Virus record (IMG/VR): IMGVR_UViG_3300019871_000003
Span: 1 to 51,219 of that record
DNA: 51,219 bases
Source of the DNA: a virus
Taxonomy: Duplodnaviria > Caudoviricetes
Reading direction: 5' to 3' (one strand)
The notes beneath the pieces were generated by a model that was given only the letters and a program-made list of their open reading frames with translations, ran no database searches and had not been told where the DNA came from. Shown here in pieces: positions 1 to 8,884 of the stretch. The position numbers and the translations under genes are program-made. Within the stretch, counting starts at the first letter, position 1. Each line of letters starts with the position of its first letter.

Positions 1-1
1 T

Positions 2-433
2 GCAACGACATCCGGTTATCAAGGCGCTGCAACGGCATCCGGTTATCAAGGCGCTGCAACGGCATCCGGTTATCAAGGCGCTGCAACGGCATCCGGTTAT
101 CAAGGCGCTGCAACGGCATCCGGTAACAGAGGCGCTGCAACGGCATCCGGTGATCAAGGCGCTGCAACGGCATCCGGTTATCAAGGCGCTGCAACGGCAT
201 CCGGTTATCAAGGCGCTGCAACGACATCCGGTTATCAAGGCGCTGCAACGGCATCCGGTTATCAAGGCGCTGCAACGGCATCCGGTTATCAAGGCGCTGC
301 AACGGCATCCGGTTATCAAGGCGCTGCAACGGCATCCGGTTATAAAGGCGCTGCAACGACATCCGGTTATCAAGGCGCTGCAACGGCATCCGGTTATCAA
401 GGCGCTGCAACGGCATCCGGTGATCAAGGCGCT
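2..433 (+). repeat. 27-bp tandem repeat, 16 units (gcaacggcatccggttatcaaggcgct)
   Basis: Read directly; variants encode YQ/NR/DQ/YK at positions 6-7 and A/T at position 3. Confidence 0.97.
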
Positions 434-622
434 GCCGTTTCGCTAGGTATAGATGCAAAAGCAAGAGGCATTATAGGGATGTGGTTGACTATAGCCGAAT
501 GGAAAAACGATTCTAAAGGTAATTGGCAGCGTATTGATATTCAAACAATAAAAGTTGATGGAGAAAATACCAAAGAAAATACCTGGTATCGCCTGGTTGA
601 CGGTAAGTTTCAGGAAGCATAA
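2..622 (+). CDS. 3' part of repeat-containing phage protein (DUF7666-like), continuing from the gene starting at 50688 across the circular join
   Basis: Frame starting at nt 2 reads (ATASGYQGA)x16 then AVSLGIDAKARGIIGMWLTIAEW...VDGENTKENTWYRLVDGKFQEA*, stop TAA 620-622; not in the ORF track. Confidence 0.85.
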   Translation, partial: ATTSGYQGAATASGYQGAATASGYQGAATASGYQGAATASGNRGAATASGDQGAATASGYQGAATASGYQGAATTSGYQGAATASGYQGAATASGYQGAATASGYQGAATASGYKGAATTSGYQGAATASGYQGAATASGDQGAAVSLGIDAKARGIIGMWLTIAEWKNDSKGNWQRIDIQTIKVDGENTKENTWYRLVDGKFQEA

Positions 623-737
623 ATAGATACTCAATAAAAGCAGTTGTAGACATCGCGCTACACTCGCCAACCCTAACGCTTTTCGAGGCTTAGGTAGATC
701 CCGCACTTATTTAAAAAAGCAATCAAAAATTAAAAAA

Positions 738-1250
738 ATGGCTAAAAGTAAAACAGAACACGTAGTTATCAGAAATCAAAAGCTTTTTTGTTCTAATTGC
801 GGCAGAGAGCAAACAGTTCCTTACCCAATTGAAATACCTGTTTTTGTAGCAATGGGTAAAGCATTTTCAAAAAGTCATGCCAATTGCCCCAAAACATGGT
901 CTGAGCCAGTTGTTAATCCAAGCTTATCCGAACGTCAAAGAGCTGTATTTTGGTTGCAACATGGTGAACATGGGAGTAGCTCTGAATTTATGTATAGTGT
1001 TCTATCTGGTGCTAGATCTATTCACAGTGGTTCATTTCCTTACGATCCATCTGATTTTAAAAGGTGTCACGGCCTACTGGAAATGGTGCCTGAATGGCGA
1101 AACAAACTTGATATGTTAAAGCCGGCTTCTAAAACTTGGAGCAAGTTAGTTGATAACTGGGACAAGCTTACAGAAATGCTCAAAGAGCAAATGATCACTG
1201 GTAAATCCAATGGCATGTATGAATTTATGCATTCACTTAGATCTGAATAA
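738..1250 (+). CDS. Hypothetical phage protein with N-terminal CxxC
   Basis: 170-aa ORF, A-rich start context, CSNC and PYDPSDFKRC motifs. Confidence 0.7.
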   Translation: MAKSKTEHVVIRNQKLFCSNCGREQTVPYPIEIPVFVAMGKAFSKSHANCPKTWSEPVVNPSLSERQRAVFWLQHGEHGSSSEFMYSVLSGARSIHSGSFPYDPSDFKRCHGLLEMVPEWRNKLDMLKPASKTWSKLVDNWDKLTEMLKEQMITGKSNGMYEFMHSLRSE

Positions 1251-1255
1251 TAGCT

Positions 1256-1570
1256 ATGCAAACATCCCTACAAATAACCACCGAAAGCCCCGAAGAAGCT
1301 ACACTGCTGATAGAAATATTAGCGGAGTTAAGAAGCGCCAAAAAACAATATCCTATATGGCCTAAAGACCCTGTTAAAAGAGCCGCTATTGTAATGGAAG
1401 AAGCGGGCGAAGTAGTTCGTGAAGCAAACCACATTGATGAAGGTAAAGGCAATCCTAAAGCCTTAAGAATGGAACTTATCCAAACCGCAGCAATGTGTAT
1501 CAGGATGGCAAACTTAATGGATGCCGAAAAGCAAAACTGCAGAATGGCTGGTGTAGTAGTAACCGATTAA
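1256..1570 (+). CDS. MazG-like / all-alpha NTP pyrophosphatase-fold protein
   Basis: EEAGEV...ELIQTAAM pattern. Confidence 0.6.
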   Translation: MQTSLQITTESPEEATLLIEILAELRSAKKQYPIWPKDPVKRAAIVMEEAGEVVREANHIDEGKGNPKALRMELIQTAAMCIRMANLMDAEKQNCRMAGVVVTD

Positions 1571-1582
1571 AATTATCACAAG

Positions 1583-1816
1583 ATGGAAAAGTCTATAGAT
1601 CATTCAACCAATTTAAAAGCGATTAGAGAGCAGCTTATTCGCGGGTGGCGTATCACTGTGCAAAGTGTACTTCAATCAGTAGGCACGCAGGAAGCTCGTA
1701 CTTATATAGCGATTTTGCGAAAGGATCCTGAGTTGAAAATTAAAGATCGATGGATTTCCAAAAACGGAAAGCATTTCAAAGAATATTTCCTTGATGTTCA
1801 TCAAAAAGTAGCATAA
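1583..1816 (+). CDS. Small winged-helix-like phage protein
   Basis: 77 aa; pattern G..IT...I..LRK...I...W......HFKEY. Confidence 0.5.
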   Translation: MEKSIDHSTNLKAIREQLIRGWRITVQSVLQSVGTQEARTYIAILRKDPELKIKDRWISKNGKHFKEYFLDVHQKVA

Positions 1817-1969
1817 ACCATAAAGCCATGATAGCACTAATCATTATCGCAGTTTTAGATGTAGCCTGTGCTTGGATTGCTTATAAACGGGCTATTCCTG
1901 ATCCGGATGAAAAGGATTAACGCCGAATAAAATAACTATTGATAACCCTTTTAAAATAATAATTGAGTA

Positions 1970-2647
1970 ATGGTAAGTGAAGCTAAAAATATTGATAATA
2001 TGGCTTTCATGGCTAAATATCCGGATGGGTTTTTTGATCTCGTTTTAGATGATCCACCCTATGGCGGGTCAATAATGGCTAAGAATAAATTTCAGCGTCA
2101 TAAGACCAAAGCAACATCATACAGGAATAAATCAATACCTAACCCTGAATACTACGACGAATTGTATCGGGTTAGTAAAGAGCAAATAATTTGGGGATGC
2201 CAATATCAAATGTCCTTTTTAAAGCCACATGGATCATTTATAGTTTGGGATAAAAAAGCAGACCCGGACTTGCATAATATGTCCAGCTGTGATATTGCAT
2301 GGTATTCAAAGCGTAAGCAGATTAAAACATTTAACGGCCATTGGTGCGGTGCTGTTAAGTTTGAAAATGAACCGACAATACATATACATCAAAAGCCTGT
2401 AGGTCTTTATGTATGGCTTTTAAATAACTATGCCGAGCCTGGAATGAAAATATTTGATCCACATATGGGAAGCGGAAGCAGTAGAATAGCTGCTTATGAT
2501 TTGGGGTTTGATTATTATGGTTGTGAACTCGACCCAATTAACTTTCAAAACCAACAGGATAGATTTAATAGGCATACAGCACAGCAAAAGTTATTCGCGC
2601 CCGAAACTGTTAAACAAAATTTTATACAAACTTCAATTCTTGACTAA
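1970..2647 (+). CDS. DNA N6-adenine/N4-cytosine methyltransferase (beta class)
   Basis: DPPY catalytic motif N-terminal; HIHQKP; FDPHMGSGS SAM-binding motif. Confidence 0.9.
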   Translation: MVSEAKNIDNMAFMAKYPDGFFDLVLDDPPYGGSIMAKNKFQRHKTKATSYRNKSIPNPEYYDELYRVSKEQIIWGCQYQMSFLKPHGSFIVWDKKADPDLHNMSSCDIAWYSKRKQIKTFNGHWCGAVKFENEPTIHIHQKPVGLYVWLLNNYAEPGMKIFDPHMGSGSSRIAAYDLGFDYYGCELDPINFQNQQDRFNRHTAQQKLFAPETVKQNFIQTSILD

Positions 2648-3468
2648 TGATAGACGATATAGCCATAAGCGGTCAAAGCAAAGTTAATAAGCGCGAAATA
2701 GATCATAACGCTTATATCCCGCATCTTTTTAATGACCATTTCCAAAACTATAAACCATATAACATTCCAAAGGCTCAACTGATCATTGCAGATATACCTT
2801 ATAATATTGGTAAAAACGCATACGGTTCAAATCCAAGTTGGTATATTGATGGGGACAATAAAAACGGTGAAAGTAAACTGGCGGGTAAAGAGTTCTTTGA
2901 TACGGATAAGGATTTTAGAATTACAGAGTTTCTTCACTTCTGTTCAACCATGTTGATTAAAGAGCCAAAGGAAAGTGGTAAGGCACCATGTATGATAGTA
3001 TTCTGCGCTTTTGAGCAGCAATTTGAGCTTATTGAAAAAGCTAAAAAGTATGGCCTCAATAATTACATCAACCTGGTTTTTAAAAAGAATTTCTCTGCCC
3101 AGGTATTAAAAGCAAACATGCGCATTGTTGGGAATTGTGAGTATACAATTTTGCTTTACCGGGATAAGTTGCCAAAGTTTAACAATCGTGGCAAAATGAT
3201 CTTTAATTGCTTTGATTGGGCAAGAGATACGGCGGTAGAAAAAATACACCCTACGCAGAAACCATTAAAAGTATTGGAACAACTGATCGATGTTTTTACG
3301 GACCCCGGTGACGTTGTTATTGATCCTGTTGCTGGAAGTGGATCTACATTATTAGCCGCCATTCTTTCAGGGAGAAAAGCCTATGGGTTTGAGATTAAAA
3401 AAGATTTCTTCAAACTGGCCAATGAGAAAATGCTATCTAAATATCAACGTAAATTATTCGTGTCATGA
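2647..3468 (+). CDS. Second DNA N6-adenine/N4-cytosine methyltransferase (DIPY variant)
   Basis: ADIPYN, HPTQKP, IDPVAGSGST; TAATG coupling to the previous MTase. Confidence 0.9.
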   Translation: MIDDIAISGQSKVNKREIDHNAYIPHLFNDHFQNYKPYNIPKAQLIIADIPYNIGKNAYGSNPSWYIDGDNKNGESKLAGKEFFDTDKDFRITEFLHFCSTMLIKEPKESGKAPCMIVFCAFEQQFELIEKAKKYGLNNYINLVFKKNFSAQVLKANMRIVGNCEYTILLYRDKLPKFNNRGKMIFNCFDWARDTAVEKIHPTQKPLKVLEQLIDVFTDPGDVVIDPVAGSGSTLLAAILSGRKAYGFEIKKDFFKLANEKMLSKYQRKLFVS

Positions 3469-3821
3469 TCAAACAAACTATGACCCCCGAAAAGAAAGCC
3501 AGGATATATAAGTCTGTTCAGTTCTTAGCTGTCATGGCTGAAGTAATTAAGATGGAACATTTAACAGACCTGATAGATACTGATTTTAAGAACCCGCAAG
3601 CGAACCAATTCGCTAAACGGATAAAAGCAGATGCCGAGGCTATTCAATTTCATTTAAAGTGCAACGACCGTGTTAAAATCGAATTTAAAGACCTTGAATT
3701 CATTCAGGAGTATGCCGGGGAGTTATACCGTGTTTTCCATTTCTTTATCGGACTTGGAATAACGCAAATCAAAGAGGTGATGGATAATATAGAGCAGATA
3801 GCTGAGGGGGTTGAAGCGTGA
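3465..3821 (+). CDS. Hypothetical protein
   Basis: 118-aa ORF with ATGA overlap. Confidence 0.6.
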   Translation: MIKQTMTPEKKARIYKSVQFLAVMAEVIKMEHLTDLIDTDFKNPQANQFAKRIKADAEAIQFHLKCNDRVKIEFKDLEFIQEYAGELYRVFHFFIGLGITQIKEVMDNIEQIAEGVEA

Positions 3822-4090
3822 CAAACAAAGATGTTTTATATCTCCAGAATGCCAGTAAATGCCGAAGCATGGGCCATTGTCTGGAATTACTGGTCGAGGA
3901 AATGAAGTATTACGAAACTACCCTGGATGTATATAATAAAGAGCTTACACTAATTAAAATCAATGATGTAAAGCAAGAGTACAACCAGTTATTCGATCAG
4001 CAGCTTGATCTATTCTTTGAAATAAAAGAGCATAATACAAAAAGAAGCCGGGATGTAATGTTAGAAATAAACCGGCCGCATAAAGTGTGA
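3818..4090 (+). CDS. Hypothetical protein
   Basis: 90-aa ORF, GTGA overlap. Confidence 0.55.
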   Translation: MTNKDVLYLQNASKCRSMGHCLELLVEEMKYYETTLDVYNKELTLIKINDVKQEYNQLFDQQLDLFFEIKEHNTKRSRDVMLEINRPHKV

Positions 4091-4119
4091 TTTAAACTAA
4101 CCCTAATTATAATTATATA

Positions 4120-4518
4120 ATGGCTAACTACACTAATCTTCTTAAAGACCCTCGCTGGCAAAAGAAACGTCTGGAAATAATGGATAGGGATAGTTTTACC
4201 TGTACCATGTGTGGTGATACAAAGGAAACTTTGAACGTTCATCACAAGGATTATGAAAATAAGAAATTCCCTTGGGATGTTTCGAACGAAAATTTAATAA
4301 CAGTTTGCGAAACCTGTCATCAAATAATAGAAGGTTGTAAAAAATCTGGATTTATCGTTTTTTCAACGGCCAAAAATGATGATCAGTTATTAGCATTCGG
4401 AGTATTTAAGAACGAAAAATGCATTGCAATAGCGAATATGGATGATCAATCATCCTCATCTTATTCTATTGATACGCTCGAAAAATGGGTAGAAAAATTA
4501 AAAAAAATTACTGTTTAA
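4120..4518 (+). CDS. HNH endonuclease
   Basis: LKDPRWQKKR..RD.F.CTMCG...LNVHH...LITVCETCH. Confidence 0.85.
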   Translation: MANYTNLLKDPRWQKKRLEIMDRDSFTCTMCGDTKETLNVHHKDYENKKFPWDVSNENLITVCETCHQIIEGCKKSGFIVFSTAKNDDQLLAFGVFKNEKCIAIANMDDQSSSSYSIDTLEKWVEKLKKITV

Positions 4519-4519
4519 T

Positions 4520-5362
4520 ATGGCAAAACAACCTTACATACCGCTATATATTGGTGACTGGGAAAAGGACACAAATTGCCTTACACCGATGGCAGAATTT
4601 GCTTTATTAAAATTGACTTTTAAGCTATTTAATGCTGAAAAAAGAGGTGTTTTTGAGGCAAATTTTCGCACACTTTCTGTGCTTTTTAAGTGTAGTTTGG
4701 ACGAAACCAAAGAGATTTTTAAGGAATTAATAGAAAATAAAATTTTAGATATTTCTGACATTCAAGATGGTAAATTTTGCATAAAAAGCCGCCGTATGTT
4801 ACGGGAAACGGAAATTTCTGAAAAGCGCGCAACGTCTGGTAGAAAAGGTGGCGAAAGTAAAACTAAAGCAAAACCTAAGCAAACTAAAAGCAAAAGCGAA
4901 GCAAAACAACAGCAAAACCCTGATAATGATATTGATAATAATAATGTAATTAATGAAGCAGTATATAAAAAAATAATAGGTGTCGAAAATTCTGATTTTG
5001 ATGAAATACTTGACGAGTACTGCGAATCATTAACCGAAAATATAAAAACTGATCCGGAAGAAATAATTCCTTCGATCAACATGGCCATTGAACATCTTTC
5101 TGAAATGTCCTATTGGAGAACAGTAGTTGAGCATCACAAAATTTCTGAAACTGAACGCCTTGATTATTTCAAAATATTCTATGAGCAAAATCAAGACTCT
5201 TACCTGGTAAGATATCCAACATGGCTTGATATGGCTAAGCATTTTTACAACTGGGTGCCAGTTTATAAAGCCAAGAATAGACCAATCGCCACGTTGGGAA
5301 AGGGCCCTACTGTAGTGATTGAAGCCGGACAAATTGAAATTAAAAGAATGCCAAGAATATGA
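4520..5362 (+). CDS. Phage replication initiator (YdaU/DUF1376-like N-terminus)
   Basis: PYIPLYIGDW N-terminus, SRRM..E..KR..SGRKGG, low-complexity linker that carries DNA repeats. Confidence 0.7.
   Translation: MAKQPYIPLYIGDWEKDTNCLTPMAEFALLKLTFKLFNAEKRGVFEANFRTLSVLFKCSLDETKEIFKELIENKILDISDIQDGKFCIKSRRMLRETEISEKRATSGRKGGESKTKAKPKQTKSKSEAKQQQNPDNDIDNNNVINEAVYKKIIGVENSDFDEILDEYCESLTENIKTDPEEIIPSINMAIEHLSEMSYWRTVVEHHKISETERLDYFKIFYEQNQDSYLVRYPTWLDMAKHFYNWVPVYKAKNRPIATLGKGPTVVIEAGQIEIKRMPRI
4856..4955. repeat. Putative replication origin: AGCAAA iterons at 11-bp period followed by an AT-rich tract
   Basis: AGCAAA at 4867, 4878, 4889, 4900 and 4911; AGTAAA at 4856; then tgataatgatattgataataataatgtaattaat. 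Confidence 0.6.
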
Positions 5363-6183
5363 ATGAATTACAAAAAACTCAAAGCAATTTGCCTGTAAAA
5401 ATCATAGGCGTTTTTTCGAAGCCCAACGCATTGCAGGAAGCTGAGCAAACTCTAATTAATGCGATTGATAAAGCGGTTTTGACGTGTTATTTTGAACTCA
5501 ATCAAAATGTGCCTAACCAAACTGATCGTACCGTCCTGGTTAATAAAATTCTTGATAGTATCCTTGATAGGTATACTTCAATAAGAGCTGATGAGATCGC
5601 GGAGGCTTTTTCAAATGGTGTAAGAAAACATTACGGCGAATACTTTGGACTCTGTTTAATTTCATTTGAGCAATTTATTAAAGGCTATCTCGAAAGCGAA
5701 AAGCGCAAATGTATGGCTAAGGAATATATCAAGTCTCAATCCGAAACCAAAAACGAGCCCTCTATTGACGAAAAATTCACAACTGCAAAAGGCCTTTGCC
5801 TGGAAGCTTTTGAAAAGGTTAAACAGGGTAAATCTATTGGATTAACAGCTGTAGCGGTTTATACTTTCCTGAACGATATTCAACTCATTGACCCGGATTA
5901 TAAAAAAGGAATCATGCCGCAAGCCCTGGAAGAACTGGTAAAAGAAAAAGAGGCCGAAGCTATCAACTGCTTTGAACTTTTAAAGCGCCGGCGATTAAAC
6001 GCTGATCTGGAATTATTGAAGTTAAACATTCAGGCAGACGGTATTACCTCGGGTCAGTACAACGAATGCAAGCGGGTAGGCAAAAGGATCATCTTAAATA
6101 ACTGGATGCGTGATATAATTCTCAATGAAGATAATCTGTCAGAGCTTATTGATGGTAAAAGGTTATTCTATAAATCAAAGTAA
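5359..6183 (+). CDS. Replication-associated protein (possible helicase loader)
   Basis: Follows the initiator with ATGA overlap; EI.EAF..G....YGE.FG motif; function inferred from position. Confidence 0.5.
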   Translation: MNELQKTQSNLPVKIIGVFSKPNALQEAEQTLINAIDKAVLTCYFELNQNVPNQTDRTVLVNKILDSILDRYTSIRADEIAEAFSNGVRKHYGEYFGLCLISFEQFIKGYLESEKRKCMAKEYIKSQSETKNEPSIDEKFTTAKGLCLEAFEKVKQGKSIGLTAVAVYTFLNDIQLIDPDYKKGIMPQALEELVKEKEAEAINCFELLKRRRLNADLELLKLNIQADGITSGQYNECKRVGKRIILNNWMRDIILNEDNLSELIDGKRLFYKSK

Positions 6184-6185
6184 CC

Positions 6186-6653
6186 ATGCAAGTAAAACTT
6201 AAAATATGTTCTGTCTGCAACGATCCCTGCGTCTTATGGGTAAGTACCCCAAAGATGTGCCGTAACTGCGCTGTCCTTTCTAAAGCAAAGGAGAAACAGC
6301 AACAAGCAAGGTTAACACAAACCGAAGACGGAGCAGAAGCAAAAGTGTTTCCAGTCAAGAAATACCAGACGGTTCAGATTAAAAAGGTTTCGACCAGGCA
6401 ACAAAGATTAAACACGGCTTATAATGTTCAGGCCAAGGTTTATAAAAAGAACAATCCAGTTTGTAAGGCCCGGGTAAAGTGTATAGGGTCACAGACTACC
6501 GATGTTCACCATAAAAAAGGCCGGGGCGAATATCTACTTGATGAAAGTACCTGGTTACCGGTTTGCCGGGAATGCCATAACTGGATTAACGAAAATAATA
6601 AACAAGCTATGGCTTTAGGGCTGTGTGAATCAAGATTATCAAAAGCAATATGA
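6186..6653 (+). CDS. HNH-family (Nin-region-like) nuclease with N-terminal zinc ribbon
   Basis: CSVC...CRNC; C...C....TDVHHKKGR...VCRECHNWI. Confidence 0.7.
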   Translation: MQVKLKICSVCNDPCVLWVSTPKMCRNCAVLSKAKEKQQQARLTQTEDGAEAKVFPVKKYQTVQIKKVSTRQQRLNTAYNVQAKVYKKNNPVCKARVKCIGSQTTDVHHKKGRGEYLLDESTWLPVCRECHNWINENNKQAMALGLCESRLSKAI

Positions 6654-7501
6654 AGCACGGATCATTATTTTCAGGTATTGGCGGCTTTGATCTTGCTGCT
6701 GAATGGATGGGGTGGGATAATGTGTTTCATTGCGAATGGAACGAGTTCGGACAAAAAGTATTAAAATATTACTGGCCTAAAGCTATAAGTTATGCAGACA
6801 TTACAAAAACAGACTTCACTATTCACAGAGCAACAATTGATATACTTAGTGGAGGATTCCCTTGCCAACCCTATTCAGCCGCGGGAAAGCGAAAAGGGAC
6901 AGAAGATGAACGCCATCTATGGCCGGAAATGCTTAGAGCAATTGGAGAAATTCAGCCAAGTTGGGTCGTTGGTGAGAATGTTCCCGGCCTTGTTAATTGG
7001 TCAAATGGGTTGGTATTCGAACAGGTGCAAATTGACCTGGAGGCTAAGGGCTACGAAGTCACACCGTTTTTACTTCCAGCTGCGGGTGTCAACGCTCCGC
7101 ACACAAGAGATCGCATCTGGTTTATTGCACACTCCGAGAGCAATTCACGGAACAATGAATTTAGAAATGAAAGACCACAATCACATACGGTTTCGGAAAA
7201 ACGACCTGATGAATATTTCCCTTTTGCCAACTCCAACGAAAAGCGATTATGTGACCAGGAACAAATCGGACAATTGGGAAGGTGGGGACATAGTTTCGAC
7301 GGTATCGGAAATCTATGGGAGGAATTCCCGACTCAATCACCGGTTTGTATTGGAAATGATGGGCTTTCCGGTGAACTGGACGGAATTACCTTTTCTAAAT
7401 GGCGAAACGAATCAATCAAAGCAGGAGGAAACGCAATAGTCCCGCAGGTCGCTTTACAAATATTCAAGTCAATTGAACAATACAATAACCTGACCCCATG
7501 A
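6650..7501 (+). CDS. C5-cytosine DNA methyltransferase, alpha-like polypeptide (motifs I-VIII and X)
   Basis: LFSGIGG, GGFPCQ, ENV, HTRDRIW, GNAIVPQV; motif IX absent from this frame. Confidence 0.9.
   Translation: MKHGSLFSGIGGFDLAAEWMGWDNVFHCEWNEFGQKVLKYYWPKAISYADITKTDFTIHRATIDILSGGFPCQPYSAAGKRKGTEDERHLWPEMLRAIGEIQPSWVVGENVPGLVNWSNGLVFEQVQIDLEAKGYEVTPFLLPAAGVNAPHTRDRIWFIAHSESNSRNNEFRNERPQSHTVSEKRPDEYFPFANSNEKRLCDQEQIGQLGRWGHSFDGIGNLWEEFPTQSPVCIGNDGLSGELDGITFSKWRNESIKAGGNAIVPQVALQIFKSIEQYNNLTP
6792..7439 (+). CDS. Nested +1-frame beta-like polypeptide of the C5 MTase (carries motif IX)
   Basis: 215 codons open inside the MTase gene; LLPTP and RLNHRFVLEMMGFPVNWT; true start uncertain. Confidence 0.7.
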   Translation: MQTLQKQTSLFTEQQLIYLVEDSLANPIQPRESEKGQKMNAIYGRKCLEQLEKFSQVGSLVRMFPALLIGQMGWYSNRCKLTWRLRATKSHRFYFQLRVSTLRTQEIASGLLHTPRAIHGTMNLEMKDHNHIRFRKNDLMNISLLPTPTKSDYVTRNKSDNWEGGDIVSTVSEIYGRNSRLNHRFVLEMMGFPVNWTELPFLNGETNQSKQEETQ

Positions 7502-7586
7502 AACATTACCTACGCTACTTCACCCTACCTACTTTAATAATACTATTAACTACTTCTATTTACTATACACTTAAAGATAAATTGAA

Positions 7587-8057
7587 ATGAATAAGAAAGC
7601 TTATCAATGGCAAGGAGAGCCAGTAGAAACAAGATTCGGCTATGTATTACAGCAAGAAAATAAAGAAAAGCCAATGTACTGGTATAACTTCGAATGCTTC
7701 AATAAACAGAAGATTGATGATTCTTTCGAGCCGGATCATTTCGTTAGAGATAATGGCAATCATTTTTCTTTAATATCTGCCATTGAAGTAACTCAACACG
7801 GGCAAACTTTCTTACTTGCGAACCATTGCGGCATAGGTGTTCATAAGCTTTTAAATGGCGGCTGGCCTAACTATGCTCATTTCTCATTAAGTGGCAAATT
7901 CGAAGAAGATCCGGCACCATACTTTGCTATCAAAAAGTTCAACCTTGAAGAATATGAGTCGCATGAAAGTGAGCGTAGGAAGTGGCAGAAGAAAGAATAT
8001 CCAGAGCAATTTGAAAAGATGGAGCGGTTACGAAATTCATTTATTAAAAGGCTTTAA
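7587..8057 (+). CDS. Hypothetical protein
   Basis: 156-aa ORF. Confidence 0.65.
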   Translation: MNKKAYQWQGEPVETRFGYVLQQENKEKPMYWYNFECFNKQKIDDSFEPDHFVRDNGNHFSLISAIEVTQHGQTFLLANHCGIGVHKLLNGGWPNYAHFSLSGKFEEDPAPYFAIKKFNLEEYESHESERRKWQKKEYPEQFEKMERLRNSFIKRL

Positions 8058-8091
8058 CCTATGTATATAAGCATAGTGAGATTAAAGGGGA

Positions 8092-8256
8092 TTAGTGTTT
8101 CGCATCCGGTTTAATTCCGCGAGAATCGGCTTCCTTTTTAATAAGGTATTCAATGAGATTAGCCATACTTCTACCCTCGATAGTGCATAGCTTGTCGAGT
8201 AGTTGTTTAGAAGTCTCAGAGAGGCGTATAGCGGTTTGCTTAACTTTTTTTTCCAT
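8092..8256 (-). CDS. Ribbon-helix-helix DNA-binding protein (54 aa)
   Basis: Hand translation MEKKVKQTAIRLSETSKQLLDKLCTIEGRSMANLIEYLIKKEADSRGIKPDAKH; below the ORF-track cutoff. Confidence 0.75.
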   Translation of the reverse strand: MEKKVKQTAIRLSETSKQLLDKLCTIEGRSMANLIEYLIKKEADSRGIKPDAKH

Positions 8257-8271
8257 TTCCCTTGTTTATAT

Positions 8272-8323
8272 GTTATACATTGTATAACTTAGAGCATTAA
8301 TTACAATAACACAAAGTTATACA
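8272..8323. promoter_or_regulatory. Putative operator: palindrome GTTATACA-T-TGTATAAC plus an extra half-site
   Basis: Perfect inverted repeat at 8272-8288 and GTTATACA at 8316-8323, between divergent genes. Confidence 0.6.
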
Positions 8324-8328
8324 AAAAT

Positions 8329-8538
8329 ATGAAAAATTTGAAACTGCCACGAAAATTTAAAAAAGGCTTGAAAAAAGCCGTGAAAGCCAAATTTCCTAAC
8401 TGGAATACCAGGTTTATAGGAATTTGCCAAATATCAAATACGCAAAGATGCTTGAGTAATCGATCTGCGATTACATTTAATGGATATGCTGTGACAGCTC
8501 ATTCAATGGGTGTAAATCCCGTAGGTGCTTACAAATAA
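8329..8538 (+). CDS. Basic hypothetical protein
   Basis: 69 aa, KLPRKFKK N-terminus. Confidence 0.55.
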   Translation: MKNLKLPRKFKKGLKKAVKAKFPNWNTRFIGICQISNTQRCLSNRSAITFNGYAVTAHSMGVNPVGAYK

Positions 8539-8556
8539 CTACAAACAGTTATCCTC

Positions 8557-8580
8557 AGCCTGCCTAACACGCGGGCTTTT
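8557..8580 (+). terminator. Small hairpin with short U tract
   Basis: AGCCTGC-ctaacac-GCGGGCT-TTT. Confidence 0.4.
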
Positions 8581-8601
8581 GGTGGCAAAAGCAAATCTAT
8601 T

Positions 8602-8802
8602 ATGACATACGATTTCGATTATTACGGCAACATGGTTAAGTACAGCATCGAAGGCGATGTTGACGGCCATATAGTAACTATAGAAAGTACTCAGTTCCCA
8701 ATAGAAGATTCTGACGAAGAAGAAGATATTAAATTCCATTGCGGGATGGATTACGCAGACAAGGCCCATCAGCACTATTTAAAAACTGGCGAACCGCTGT
8801 AA
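8602..8802 (+). CDS. Acidic hypothetical protein
   Basis: 66 aa, D/E rich. Confidence 0.55.
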   Translation: MTYDFDYYGNMVKYSIEGDVDGHIVTIESTQFPIEDSDEEEDIKFHCGMDYADKAHQHYLKTGEPL

Positions 8803-8884
8803 GAACTAATGAGCCAACCCCACATAGCACCCCCTACCAGGTATTAAACCAGTAGGCTTATAATAGAAAACTAAAATAAACGAT

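Noticed and set aside
1-433. CRISPR array or DGR template/variable repeat
   Set aside because: Head-to-tail coding repeats with no spacers; no cas or reverse transcriptase gene seen
150-446. ORF-track protein (IKALQRHPV)n
   Set aside because: Wrong frame of the 27-bp repeat; the ATASGYQGA frame connects to coherent N- and C-terminal domains
623-737. Possible structured RNA in a GC-richer spacer (cctaa...ttagg)
   Set aside because: Stem too short to distinguish from chance without covariation data
1970-7501. Restriction-modification system
   Set aside because: Nearby nucleases look like ordinary phage HNH/Nin proteins; no cognate restriction gene identified
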